The position numbers and the translations under genes are program-made. From Octopus bimaculoides (lineage: Eukaryota): DNA of 64,000 nt. Below the pieces are notes generated by a model. The model was given only the letters and a program-made list of their open reading frames with translations. It ran no database searches and was not told where the DNA came from. Location of the stretch: assembly GCF_001194135.2 (NCBI RefSeq), contig NC_069000.1:28502667-28566666 (forward strand), in the 5' to 3' direction. Position 1 is the stretch's first letter; every line of letters starts with the position of its first letter. Shown piece after piece: positions 13,268-25,272 of this stretch.

Positions 13268-13347
13268 TTTATCGAACACCATGCTGATGATCGGAGTAGA
13301 GTAGCTTTATACTCTTAACCGTGAAACGTCGTACATGGTTAACTAAA
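13268..13347 (+). ncRNA. Type I hammerhead ribozyme motif (HHR2), probably from a Penelope-type terminal repeat
   Basis: ACCATG-CTGATGA-t-CGG..GAGTA/TACTC..CCG-t-GAAA-C-GTC-G-TA-CATGGT: 6-bp stem I, exact core, stem II, minimal stem III, GUA triplet. Confidence 0.65.
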
Positions 13348-13517
13348 GGCAGGTTTGTTTTTGCTTTTCTCTTCTGTTTTTGTTCTGTGTGTGCCATAAA
13401 TATCGCCATCCGTTAGAGAAAAATTTGTAGTTTGGAATCAGTAGTTCTTTGACTACTATTTCTAAATTTTCAGTATGTTGGTGAAGCATCTCATGCTAAG
13501 CCCTATATATTTATGAT

Positions 13518-13549
<32 letters not shown>

Positions 13550-13814
13550 TATATTTTATCTTTTACTTGTTTCAGTCATACAGATATACATATAAATACA
13601 CATATGCATGTTTCATTAAATACATAACTATGTTCAAGATTTTTCTTTTGTATTTTATATCTTTAATATTTTCTTATGAGCTTTTTATACTTGGTTTGGA
13701 AAAATTGAGTTTCTAAATCAAAACCCAATGTTTCTACACTTTTATACAGTTTCCTTACCATTAAAAAGAAAGAAAAAAGAATTGATATATTCAGTGTTTG
13801 TATTGTTTCTTATA

Positions 13815-15170
13815 TGAAGACAGGGATAGCCTTGGGCCATCAGAAATCACTGCCATGATGATTAAAATTTCCGGTGGTGTAGGATACAGCTTAGTCACCT
13901 GTACAATTAATCAGGTTATTCAGGAAGGCACCACTCCCAATGACAGGCAACCCAATTGAGGGACCAGCTACCCGAATCGACAGTACCCTGGTAGATAAAG
14001 CAATTAAGGATATGAAGACAGGGGAAAGACCCTGGCCCATCAGGAATCACCACTGAGATACTTAAAATATCTGGTGGTATGGGTTATGGTCTAGTCACCC
14101 ATATTGTAAATCAGGTGGTACATGAAGGAGTCATACTTAATGACTGGTGTAGCAGTACCATAGCAAACTGCTACAAAGGTAAAGGTGATGCTTTAGATAG
14201 AAATAACTACAGGGGTATCAAATTGCTGGATCAAGCAATAAAAGTCATGGAGAGGGACATAGCCCAACTAATTAGGGAGAGAATTAGCCTAGATGAGATG
14301 CAGTTTGGTTTTGTGCCAGGTAGAAGCACCACTGATGCTATATTTCTGGTAAGGCAACTTCAGGAGAAATACCTAGCCAAAGATAAACCTCTGCACTTGG
14401 TTTTTGTTGACTTGGTGAAAGCCTTTGACAGGGTCCCCCGATCCCTTATCTGGTGGTCAACGAGGAAACTAGGGATAGACAGTGGCAGCTGTGCAGGAAC
14501 AATCAGCACTAAGAGCACCTGAGGGCTTGAATCCTCTCAAATGCCCAGAAGGCTCTCTTGAGGTTGTAGATAGTTTCTGTTACTTAGGCGACCAAATTAA
14601 CAATGGTGGAGGATGCTCTGAAAGTATTGTTTCTAGAATAAGAATTGGGTGGAGGAAGTTCAGAGAGCTGTTACCTCTGTTGGCAACAAAAGGACTCTCT
14701 CTCAGAGTGAAAGGTAGACTGAATGATGCTTGTGTGCGAATGGCTATACTCCATGGTAGTGAGACATAGGCTCTGAATGCAGAAGACATGAGAGAAATGA
14801 AGACAGTATGCTCCATTGGATATGCAACATCAGTGCACATGTACAACAAAGTGCAAATGTATTGAGAGAAAAATTGGGCATAAGAGGAATCAAATGTAGT
14901 ATGAAAGAGAGAAGACTATGTTGGTTTGGACATGTGATGAGTAAGAATGAAGACAGCTGCATAAAGAAATGCTGATCACTGAAAGTGGATGGTACCCATG
15001 GAAGAGGGAGACCCAGGAAGACATAGAATGAAGTGGTAAGGACCGATTTCAGGATGTTCGGCCTCAAGGAGGAAATGACAAAGGACTGAGATGCCTGGCA
15101 ATATGAAGTTCTTGAGAAGACCCACCCATGTCAGCGAAACTGAGTTCTAGAAGTGCTGTGTGTGCTTCAC
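13815..15170 (+). mobile_element. RTE-clade LINE, 5'-truncated and internally deleted
   Basis: NNYRGIKLLDQAIKV, QFGFVPGRSTTDAIF, FVDLVKAFDRVP, LEVVDSFCYLGD, LHGSET. RT domains 4-6 are missing at ~14480; a diverged partial copy lies at 13815-13940. Confidence 0.9.
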
Positions 15171-16689
15171 CTACACTTAACAAGAAAACTTCTCACACAC
15201 CCTGCCACAACACACCAAACTACATCTCTTCTCTTCCCCACTCCCCAATCCTGTCCTCTTGGCCCTGTCTCACTGTATCTTTGCTATCCACTAGCCTCTG
15301 ATCTGTGTTCCACCCACACTTAACAAGAAAACTTCTCACATACACTACCACAACACACCAAACTACATCTCTTCTCTTCCTTACATTTCCTCCTTCATGC
15401 ACTATGCTTACCTCTCACTCCCTAATCCTGTCCTCAACTCCCTGTTTCTCTGTATCATTGCTATCCAGTAGCCCTCCCCTCACCACTCTATACACCCAGG
15501 TTTTCACCACTCACTTCCCCTCCTCACTCTCTAATCACGGCTTCTTTGACAATATCCTGCCACTTATATTATGACCTTTGAACCTCAAGGGTATACCCTG
15601 GCACTTGCCACCATCTATATCTCTCTCTTCCTTTACCCAACCATCCCATTTATATTCTTATCCCTGCCTGGCACTTTGCCACCATCTCTATCCTGATTAC
15701 TCCTACTCTCCTTCTCCTGCACTTCCCTCAGGTTGGGTAACCATGTGCCTCCTTTGCGGCAGCACACCCATTTCTGTCCTCATTCCTGATCTCTTTCTCT
15801 CTCTCACCAGCCAGGTAACCTTGTACCTCCCCCACAGCAAGACACCTGTTTCTGTCTCTCAGTTTCACTATAACCTTTCATCATCTGACACAAGATTACC
15901 TCCTCCAATTCCCCTTCCCCTCTCAAAAGATTTTTGTCTTGTAGGTTACTTGGTGATCCTGTTAGTACAGATGCTACTTAAATAGCATCCAGTTCACAGT
16001 GTAAAGTGGTTGGCATTTGGAAGGGCATCCAGCTGTAAAAACCTTGCTAAAACTGACCTTGCCTGTGCTTGTGCCATGTAACTCCACCCTGCTGGGTGAT
16101 TGGTGTTAGGAAGGGCATCCAGCTGTAAAAATTCAGCCAAAATAGTCACAGAAGTCTGGTGCAGGCTTCTGCTTGGCTGGTTCCTGTCAAACCATGCCAA
16201 CATGAAAGGCAAATGTTAAACAACAGTGATGATACTGGTTGAATAATGATACTGGTTGAATAATGATACTGGTTGAATACATATAGGCTTTCTTGCCAAG
16301 GGTTTATTGACCATTAGGGTGATGCCTCAGTGGTCATGTGTTGATTTCTTTTTTAGTGTGTTTGTATTAATTTTGACATTGTTATGGTTTCCATAATTGG
16401 TTTCAAATTTTGGCAGAAGGCTAGCAATTTTGGGAGAGGGGATAAGTTGATTACATCGATGTCAGTTCAACTGTACTTATTTTATTGACCTTGAAAAGAT
16501 GAAGGGCAAGGTTGATCCCAACAGCATTTGAACTCAGAATGTAAAGTCAGAAGAAATGCTGCTAAGCATTTTTTTCTGGTGCGGTAACAATTCTGTCTGC
16601 TCACCATCTTACTGGTTTTCATAATTAATCTTTTTTGTGGACTTATATAAAGCATGTAAGTATTTTCTCCTAGCATTTACCTATCAAAT

Positions 16690-17940
16690 TTTGTTTTGTA
16701 GTATGATGATGGTGTGTGGTGTAGATCCATACTGAAAGTGCAGAGGGAGCCTATGTGAGATTGTTGTATTGATCTGTCCAATGTAACAGCTACCATCCTC
16801 AAGTTTGCAACATTGAGTTTTACAATCAAATTTATAGATTACATTCATCACCTATATTTTGTTCTTGGGTTCATACGTTTCTGGTGAGTTATTGATAAAG
16901 AGGTTCTCAGATTTGGTATTTTCATAGTATATTATTAGTCTAAGTTTATGGTCAAGTGTGATGCATTTTGTGTTGCATTTTATGAAGGTTTTTATTAGAT
17001 GTTTCTCCTTTTGATAGGATTTGTGCATTTGGTTCATGCAATAGATTTCAGTTTAGTGTATTCTCTGGTATTTTGTATTTGTGTATGCTTTTATACCTTG
17101 GTTCACTAGTCTATTAAAATGCCCATTATTAACCTTTAGCACATTAAGGGCAAATCATGTTGCTGAATGAGTTTTCTCCCCTGTAGCTGCAAGCACATTG
17201 TGCTGCATTGAGAGGTAAGAAAACTTGTATGGGAATATGATTTGCCTTCAATGTGCTAAAGGTTAATTTATGCTTGTTTAATTCTAGTACATTGTTTGTG
17301 GATGAGAATATAAATGCTCTTCTGAAGAGTGATTTTACCATTGACATCTTATAGTTGTGTGGGTATTTACTGTCTCCATGTAAGTATTTGCATTTGTTTG
17401 ATTCTTTGGTGTATACTTACATAATGTATGTTTTTTTTCTCTACATGTTTATGTTTAAAGATGGGGTCTTATTTGTATCATTTTGGATGTTAAATTTAGT
17501 AGAGTTGTTTTCTAAGTCTTCCATTAGTCTCTCAGCTTCCTTAAGAGTATCTATTACAAGTAGTATATCAGCTACATATCTAATGTATATTATTTATTTG
17601 TGTTTTGCTATTATTCTGTTTTCTATTGTTGATAGGTAGAATGCTGCAAATGGAGGTCCTAGTAGGGAAACCCATATTCACTCCACCTGTTTGTATAAAT
17701 TTCTTTCTGGGCAGCAAAACAGCACTTCAGTCGTGCATATCATAAGTAGTTTTGTTCAATAAGTTTGCTGGTATCATGAGCAGCTTTATATTTAGCTGTT
17801 TATATACATCATTTATAATGATTTTAATCTTTTATGTCATTGGGACATTGGTGAACATTCTACAATTAATGTAGAAATGGTACCTACATTATCCGTTTCC
17901 CCTAAGATCTGTAGAAATTGCTCAGATGAATTTTTACACT
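16690..17940 (-). mobile_element. Penelope-like element relic (RT plus C-terminal GIY-YIG endonuclease)
   Basis: Frameshifted LLMICTTEVLF..NLYKQV..MG..GPPFAAFYLSTIE..YIRYVADIL, then KLRLIIYYEN and NVIYKFDC...CYIGQINTTISHRL. Confidence 0.8.
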
Positions 17941-17964
17941 ATTCCTCATATTTTTTTCTTCTGC

Positions 17965-18378
17965 TTTTTTACTCGTTTCAGTTATTTGACTGTGGCCATG
18001 CTGGAGCACCACCTTGAAAGGTTTCTTTTTTCTAGTTGAACAAATTGGCTCCAAGACTTACTTTTAAGTCTAGTACTTATTCTATCAGTCTCTTTTGCCA
18101 AACTGTTACGTTACAAGAATATAAACACGCCAACACCAGTTGTCAAGTGGTGATGAGAGGACAAACAAATAGATATATACATACATATACAATATATACA
18201 TACATATATATATATACATATATACACACACAATGGGCTTCTTTCAGTTTCTGACTACCAAATCCACTCAAAAGGCTTTGGTCAACCTGAGGCTATAGTA
18301 GAAGACACTTGCCCAAGGTACTACACAGTGGGACTGAACCCAGAATCATGTGGCTGGGAAGCAAGCATCTTACCATGT
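17965..18378 (-). mobile_element. tRNA-derived SINE, family A (head GTGGTAAGAAGCTTGCTTCCCAACCACATGGTTC..GGTTCAGTCCCACTG)
   Basis: Near-identical copies at ~39978-40325 (-), 43745-44133 (+), 50930-51272 (-) and 54095-54480 (+); boundaries approximate. Confidence 0.7.
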
Positions 18379-18494
18379 GTATTTTCTTTTTATAATACTG
18401 TCAATTTGTTTGGTGATTGATTGTATAGGTGTATTTTGGGGGGATATTATAGGTTGGGGGTGTGTGTGTTTTTCTTATGTATTTTTACTGTGCC

Positions 18495-18525
<31 letters not shown>

Positions 18526-19289
18526 AATACATTTGAAGCTTTATCTAGAAATAAAAAAGAAAGTACAATTTGTCTTCCACTGTTACAAATTAGTAAACAG
18601 TTAAATTTCATTTAACACATTTGTATTTAGAATGGAGAGCTACACATTCACTTTTTTATTCAAAAAACATTAAAAAATTTGTTTACAAATTCCCCAGTGT
18701 GATAAATAAATAGTTTATACAAATCATGATTACACGAGACTCAGAAATCAACATTGATATATGATGTTTAAAATAAAATTTAAGCTGTGTTTAGAACATT
18801 CCAACATTTTCATTGGTTGACAGATAATTTCATTTTATTTAAAATCTATTTGTTTAATTTGTGTGTGTGTGTGTTTCTGTTTGCAATGAATTTTTAAAGA
18901 AAATGTTGACCTCAAAGGAATCTGAACTTACAACATAAAGGACTGTAATAAATACTGCAGTGATTTAACAAAGCCACCACTCTACTACTACTGCTACTTG
19001 CTGCTGCTGCTGCTGCTACTGCTACTACAACTACTACGACTACTACTAATAATAATAGTAATTTTCCCCCAAATTTTGGCACAAGGCCTGCAATTCTAAG
19101 GAGGGAATAGTCAATTACATTGAGCCCACTTCTCAGATGGAACTTATTTAAATATGTTGACCCAAAAGGGATGAAAGACAAAATTGACCTCAGCAGAATA
19201 TGAACTCAGAACATACAGAGTTGAATGGAATGTTATATACTGGAAGCTGAGTTGGAAAATTAAGCCACAAAAAAGCAGAAGAAACTACT

Positions 19290-19900
19290 GACAGCATACT
19301 GAAGTCATCACCCTACAGCAGATATAGACAGAATATCTCTATCCCCACCCACATAAGAAAGGGGTAACCGGACATGAAAAGGAACTGGACTATAAGCAAA
19401 ACCAGGATGACTTGATTCTAGCTGTACAAGCATACAATAATAAGAACAAAACAATGAAAATGGACGAAATTCACAATGTGCATTCAGCACAATGAGATGG
19501 TTGGTTACATTATCTCTAGCTTCCCAGTCCTTACCAAATCTGAATATATATCCAGGCATAATCAAGTGGGATGTATATACCACTGGGCAATTTGCCAATA
19601 CTTCAATATGAAAACATGCACCAAACACAGTACAAGATAATGACTTGGCCACAATCATCTAGGATATGTCTGTCCAAACCGATAAAAGAAATCAAGATAA
19701 ACCATCCAGACATAATAATCAAGGAACAGAGAAAAAAAAAATGCATGCTGATAGACATCAAAACCTTGAAAGTTGGAACATAAAGTACGATTAAAAAATA
19801 TGAACAAAAACATACAAGCCATATCAGAACTTAAAACACTACACACCGTATAAAAAAAAATAGCCTTATTAGGAACAGCTTACATGTGATTATCAATTCA
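19290..19900 (+). mobile_element. Dong/R4-like non-LTR retrotransposon 3' fragment (restriction-like endonuclease)
   Basis: ADIDRI.., EYISRHNQVGCIYHWAIC, TIIWDMSVQTD, NHPDIIIKEQRKKKCMLIDI (CCHC remnant and PD-D motif). Confidence 0.65.
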
Positions 19901-21070
19901 ATAGCAAAGACCAAATAGAACAAATTTCACAGACCTTACTTAGGCAATTATAGTTCTTTTTACAAGTACTCCAAAGAAAATTTCATTTGGTAAATAAAAC
20001 ATGATAATAATACTTTCATAGCTTCTGATCTTAACTGAGTAGATGTACATGTACATGTTTTATCTTGGCATAAAAGATGGGCCAACAAGTCTAGCATACA
20101 TGCATAAAGTTTGTAGTGTAAACCATACAAGACAGAAAATTTGCTCCTTGCAAAAACTTATTGCCAACTGTATTTTAGCCACTGTTCACCGTGTTTTATG
20201 TTGTTCAGTGAGAGCCATGGCAAGCTAAAATCTACTGTTACCTTTCATTCATCACTTGCTCCAAACAGTTGAGCAAAGTGCAGGTGAGAAGTAGCATAGA
20301 GCTGCTGAAATCAAATAGTACACAACCATTCCAGTCCATCAAAAGCCAAATTGTGGCTTTGTTACAAAACCATGTCTCCTTATCAGATATGGCTTTCAGA
20401 TAGTGAGAGTATGAGTGGGAGAAAGGAAACAGTAAGAAGAGGTTAGAAGTGGATATAATAGAGGAAGAAGAGAAAGGGTTAGGATGGAAGATGTGGAAAT
20501 GGTGGATTGTGGAGATTGAATAGAAGAGAGCTGTAAAGGGGAGAGAGAGAGAGAAGAGAGAGAAGAGAAAGAAAGAGGGAAATTGAAAGAGAGAGAATGA
20601 AAAGAAAAACTTTAAAATAAGAAAGAGAAAGTTTTGATAGAGAAACACAAAATTCTTACCCAGCACCACCACAAACTAACAACTTCACCTTTATTTCCAC
20701 AAAAGCAAAAAAACTAGACTGCGGTGGGTGGTTATTGGCCTAGGAATGAGAGTTGTTTGCGTTTAAATAACACATTAACTTTTTGATATCACAGATTCAT
20801 GTCATAAGCTGTTCCAGCCTACAACAGCCCCCCCCCCATCAAACCACCAATACCATCACAAATACCCTGCCAACTATTCATGCTTAGATAATAGCTATTA
20901 AGTATGTATACACACATGCACAGATAAAGAAAGTAGCTTGATGATTGCTTAAAAAGTGCCACAGGCTACAAACAGGTTCACTGGAGATATACACACGTAG
21001 ATGTATTTGTTTATACATTCATATATATGTATAGGGTGTGTGCATAATGTACATGTACATACACATATGC

Positions 21071-21390
21071 ATCATCATCATCATCGTTTAACGTCCGCTT
21101 TCCATGCTAGCATGCGTTGGACGATTTGACTGAGGACTGGTGAACCAGATGGCTACACCAGGCTCCAATCTGATTTGGCAGAGTTTCTACAGCTGGATGC
21201 CCTTCCTAACGCCAACCACTCCGAGAGTGTAGTGGGTGCTTTTAAGTGCCACCGGCACGAAGGCCAGTCAGGTGGTACTGGCAACGGCCATGCTCAAAAT
21301 GGTGTATTTTACATGCCACCCGCACAAGAGCCAGTCCAGCAGCACTGGCAACGATCTCGCTCGAAAGTCCTTACACATGCCAAGGGTCCT
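21071..21390 (-). repeat. RTE 3'-tail repeat ending in (GAT)n
   Basis: Matches the 3' end of the RTE at 57530-57697; further copies at ~530-725, 24795-25045, 31797-32125, 34497-34605, 39500-39668 and 48540-48907. Confidence 0.75.
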
Positions 21391-22749
21391 TACATATGCC
21401 AATATATATATATACACACACACACACATACAAATATGTATATATAATAGAATAAAGACATAAATAGGCAAATAACTGGTATCTGGTTAGATTATGACAT
21501 ATATTTATATATTTATACATCTTGAGTGTAGAAAAGAATGCTTAAAAATTTTTTTAAAAATCAATAAAAGATAGGTTGCGGAATGTTCACAATGGTTGTG
21601 ATATATGCTAGTATGTTCCCAGAATCGTTATAAGGTAAGTTCATATTTATTGATATCTGATAGTAGGTTAAGGAGATCATTATAGATAAAATCCGAAACT
21701 GAAGGAAGGTGCACAGGTTTTTCCCTTATAGCTGCTTCCAGAACAGATGTGCAGCTAATGCAATTTCCTGCAAACAATCTGCAACTAGTATTTTAGTGGC
21801 AGTCTCTTCCATCTTCAGAATAGATATCCAAGGGTTGGACAAAATAATAACCTGAGGAATAACCAGCCTAGAAATTCAAACATAGATTAATTAAAGAACA
21901 TAGACCAACTGAATGTTAACTTGTGGAATAATATATTACTTTAACTATCAGGCTTCAATCATTTCAGCTAAAAGGATTTGATTAATACACCTGAATTGTA
22001 ATAAAAATATTCACTAACTTACTTAAAACATGAAAATATACTTAAAACCATCTAAATGTAAACCAACAGTATAACATATCATTCAACTAGTGCAAGCTTG
22101 TCAATAATTCCAATCTCGCATTGAAGTAGTGATCAACACTAAAGGTGGATTCTACAAGAAAGCTTATGGATAACATGTGTACATGTACACAAATTTTAAT
22201 TCAACTGTCTTTTTTTGCTACATTAGAGTTGTTTATTAAATAACCAAATATATCCTCAAATATCTTTTGTACCCTTATATGTATCTCTCTCTTTCTTTGT
22301 ATATATAATAAATAATAAAAATACATGAATGAGAGAATAAATGAATGCAAGTATTTATTGAATTTATTTGTTGACTTAGCATCTCATGTTATTTAAAGTT
22401 TTATGAACATGACAACAGTTCCTACAACATATGGAGACAAAACAAGATGGCTTCTTTCTTACAAGAACTTAACCCTCATTGGTCAGTTTAGGTCATATTG
22501 TGGATAACTTAGCATGGAATTTGATGCATCAGTGACACCACTGCTTGAAGTATGGAATGATAAGGAGCAGCATCCAAGAGTTTAAAGTCAGATGGTCAGT
22601 TTTGGTAATATAGATGTAGTGATATCTTAGCAACAACAGATGAATGCCACAGTCATCAATGTATGGGACTTGGGGTAGCATGTCTGCTGGGCCATTAAAA
22701 TTCAGGAACAGTGGGTAGTGATATCTATATGAACAACAAGCATAGTATA

Positions 22750-23450
22750 ACCTGGTCTAGAGAGGTATGTCAGGATTATTGGGGTCAATGGTTTGAAACG
22801 CATTAAAAGTGGGTATCTTCTACAGCAACAATAATAAAAAGTTAACCTTTCCATTGATGATATACGGAAGGCTGTTGGAGTATGTGCAACTTTTCTTGGA
22901 GCCAGAGTTGGAAACTGAGAGCACCAGGTAAGAATGGTGGGGTCCTGCTGAGTATACTCCAAATGATGTTGCGTGTTGAGGTGCTGTGGTCGTGGCTATC
23001 AAGAGGCAGGATCCATCCAGTAAACAGTTGGTAGGAATTTGACTGTTGCATGTGGGAGTGTGAGATGGAATTTGCTTCTGTTATAGCATGTAAAATTGGA
23101 AGCAATATAGTCAAAACATAAATAATGGACCATAACATTTGGGGAATTAAAAAATTTATGGTATCTATGAGATCTAGAGAAATGTTTCCTAGTTTTAGAA
23201 AGCTCTTGGCTAGAATGATAGAAACACTTTGGTTGAATGGAGGATTATACCAAATAACCTTTCATTTTGTAATTCTCTTATGGTTTGGGAGTACAGGTGG
23301 GGGATCTAAGTTTATTAGTAAAACCGCTCTTTGCCAGAACTTCATTGTAACAGGGTGCATCTCTCTTACAAATCTCTCCATCTAACAATAGTCTGGCGAT
23401 TCTACTGATACTTGCACAGGCTTCTGATTACAGCTGGAAGGTGGTCACCA
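22750..23450 (-). mobile_element. Penelope-like element relic (RT thumb, linker, GIY-YIG)
   Basis: APCYNEVLAKSGFTNKL, VIWYNPPFNQSV..KSFLKL..KHFSRSHRYHKFFN, CNSQIPTNCLLDGSCL. Confidence 0.7.
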
Positions 23451-25185
23451 TCGTCATCATCATCACCATTAAAGTCTATTTTCCATGCTGGCATGGCACA
23501 TATATGTTCATTTGTGTATATATGTGTAAACAGACTGCTGAATATTTGTGTTTACAGATAGAAGTAATTAGAAAAGAGTGTGAATATTTTATCAAAAGCT
23601 GAAGATTTTTGAACTGTAACTATTAGTTTCACATTTTGGATTGTGAAACCAGATTCTTCAGCACTTAGCAGTTCAAAGTGATATTATAAAAGCTGTCCCT
23701 CTTACTGTTTATTAAAACTGCCATGATCATCATGGCCACTACCATTATAGGTTTAAAATTTTAGCACAATGCCAGCAATTTTGGGGGAGAGGTTAAATCA
23801 ATTACATTGACTCCAGTGTTCAACTGGTACTTATATTCTACAACAATGCATTATATATGCATGTGTGTGTGTGAGAGAGGGGGAGGGAGGGAGAGAGAGA
23901 GAACGAGGGAGGGAGGGAGAGAGAATGAGGGAGGGAGGGAGAGAGGAAGAGAAAGAGAGTGTGTATGTGTTGCAATATGTTTTTTTTTTGCATAGTCATG
24001 TAATGAAATTCCTTGTTTTACAAGTTAACTTAAAATGTTTTGGAGGTTTATCTGAAGTTCTTTTGTGTGTATATTTCTTTATCACACATGTTAGGGGGTG
24101 GTGGCAGAGCTGCAGAGGGAGGGGGAAGCAAGGGAAAAGGAGGGTATATGATGGAAATGGGGGGAATAGTGAAAAAGGAAGGGGAGAGGGAGAGAGGGAA
24201 TCTTTCATTCTAAAGTAACATAGAACCTATTAAGTTGGGTACCAGATATATTTGTTATATAATCATGCAAATAAACTCCTGCTGTATAAACAAATAAACA
24301 ATATTATTTATCTTTTGTTCTTGACATTTTATATTTATTTCAGATATCTTGCTTCCTTCTTGAGAGAGAGAGAGAGAGAGAGAAGGGATGGTAGAGAGAG
24401 GATGGGGAGAAAAAGAGAAGGTGTGAGAGAAAGCAGTGGGGTCAGTGGGGATCTGTTTGGTCCCATGAGGCAGCTCGGGGTTTGACTTCAGATAGGAATT
24501 ATATCATAAAAAAACTCAACCATTGCTAACAACATCTGCCTGACAACATCGACAGAGGCACAGTTTTAGTGTGATGACAACAATGATAACCATGATCTTG
24601 ATGATGATGAGGATGAGGAGGAGGAGGTGGAGGTGGAGGAAAGCATTTTGAACTAGTGAGGTAGGGGGTAGATAAACATTGTCACTTGAACAACTAAATA
24701 CTGCAATCAAATTCGCACTCAATAAATGACTGGCAGTTTCTACAAAAAAAAAAAAAAAAAAAATCAGTCAAATGGAAATTGTAGTTGTGACCAATGCCAG
24801 TGCTGTCTGACTGGCTCTCGTGCTGGTGGCATGCAATAAGCATCATTCATGTGTGGGTCATTGCCAGTGTCACCTGACTGGCTCCCTGTGCTGGTGGAAC
24901 ATAAAAAGCACCATCTGAACATGGCCAATGCCAGTGCCACCTAACTGGCTCCCATGCTGGTGGCATGTAAAAAGCATCCACTACACTCTCAGAGTGGTTG
25001 GCGTTAGGAAGGGCATCCAGCTGTAGAAACATTGCCAGATCAAGTGGTGGTATGATGTCAACTTAATGTGACAGTCCCATGAAAGGGAAGAATACTACTG
25101 CTATTGAGCCCTAAGAAGCACTGCTTCCTGTCGGCCTTGACACATTTCTTGTGTCCTTATGTTTACAAAGGGGGAGATAAGCACC

Positions 25186-25270
25186 TTCACCCAGCAAAGC
25201 CAGCATCCAGAGACTAGTTTCTGAGTCATTGCTCGTCATCAGTCTGGAGTAGCATGGCTTGCTAGCTGAA
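25186..25270 (-). ncRNA. Type I hammerhead ribozyme motif (HHR1) with extended stem I
   Basis: UUCA g CUAGC AAGCCA ugcuac UCCAGA CUGAUGA c GAG caauga CUC a GAAA CUAG UC^ UCUGGA ugc UGGCUU u GCUGG g UGAA. Stem I has 6+6+5+4 bp with a 6x3 internal loop; helix III is the palindrome ACUAGU. Predicted cut between 25212 and 25211. Confidence 0.75.
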
Positions 25271-25272
25271 TT

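Noticed and set aside
16231-16280. 17-bp unit x3 (also 39-bp x2 at ~60942-61020) as a CRISPR-like array
   Set aside because: Head-to-tail tandem repeats with no spacers in eukaryotic DNA.
20242-20392. Minus-strand AG...GT candidate exon (AISDKETWFCNK...)
   Set aside because: 151 nt with incompatible phase and no Ig motif; Ig2 is already complete without it.
25030-25070. GATCAAGTG next to the Tx1 3' end as a possible U2 snRNA (Keno-type) target
   Set aside because: Only 9 nt match, the rest of U2 is absent, and it is ~200 bp from the actual junction.
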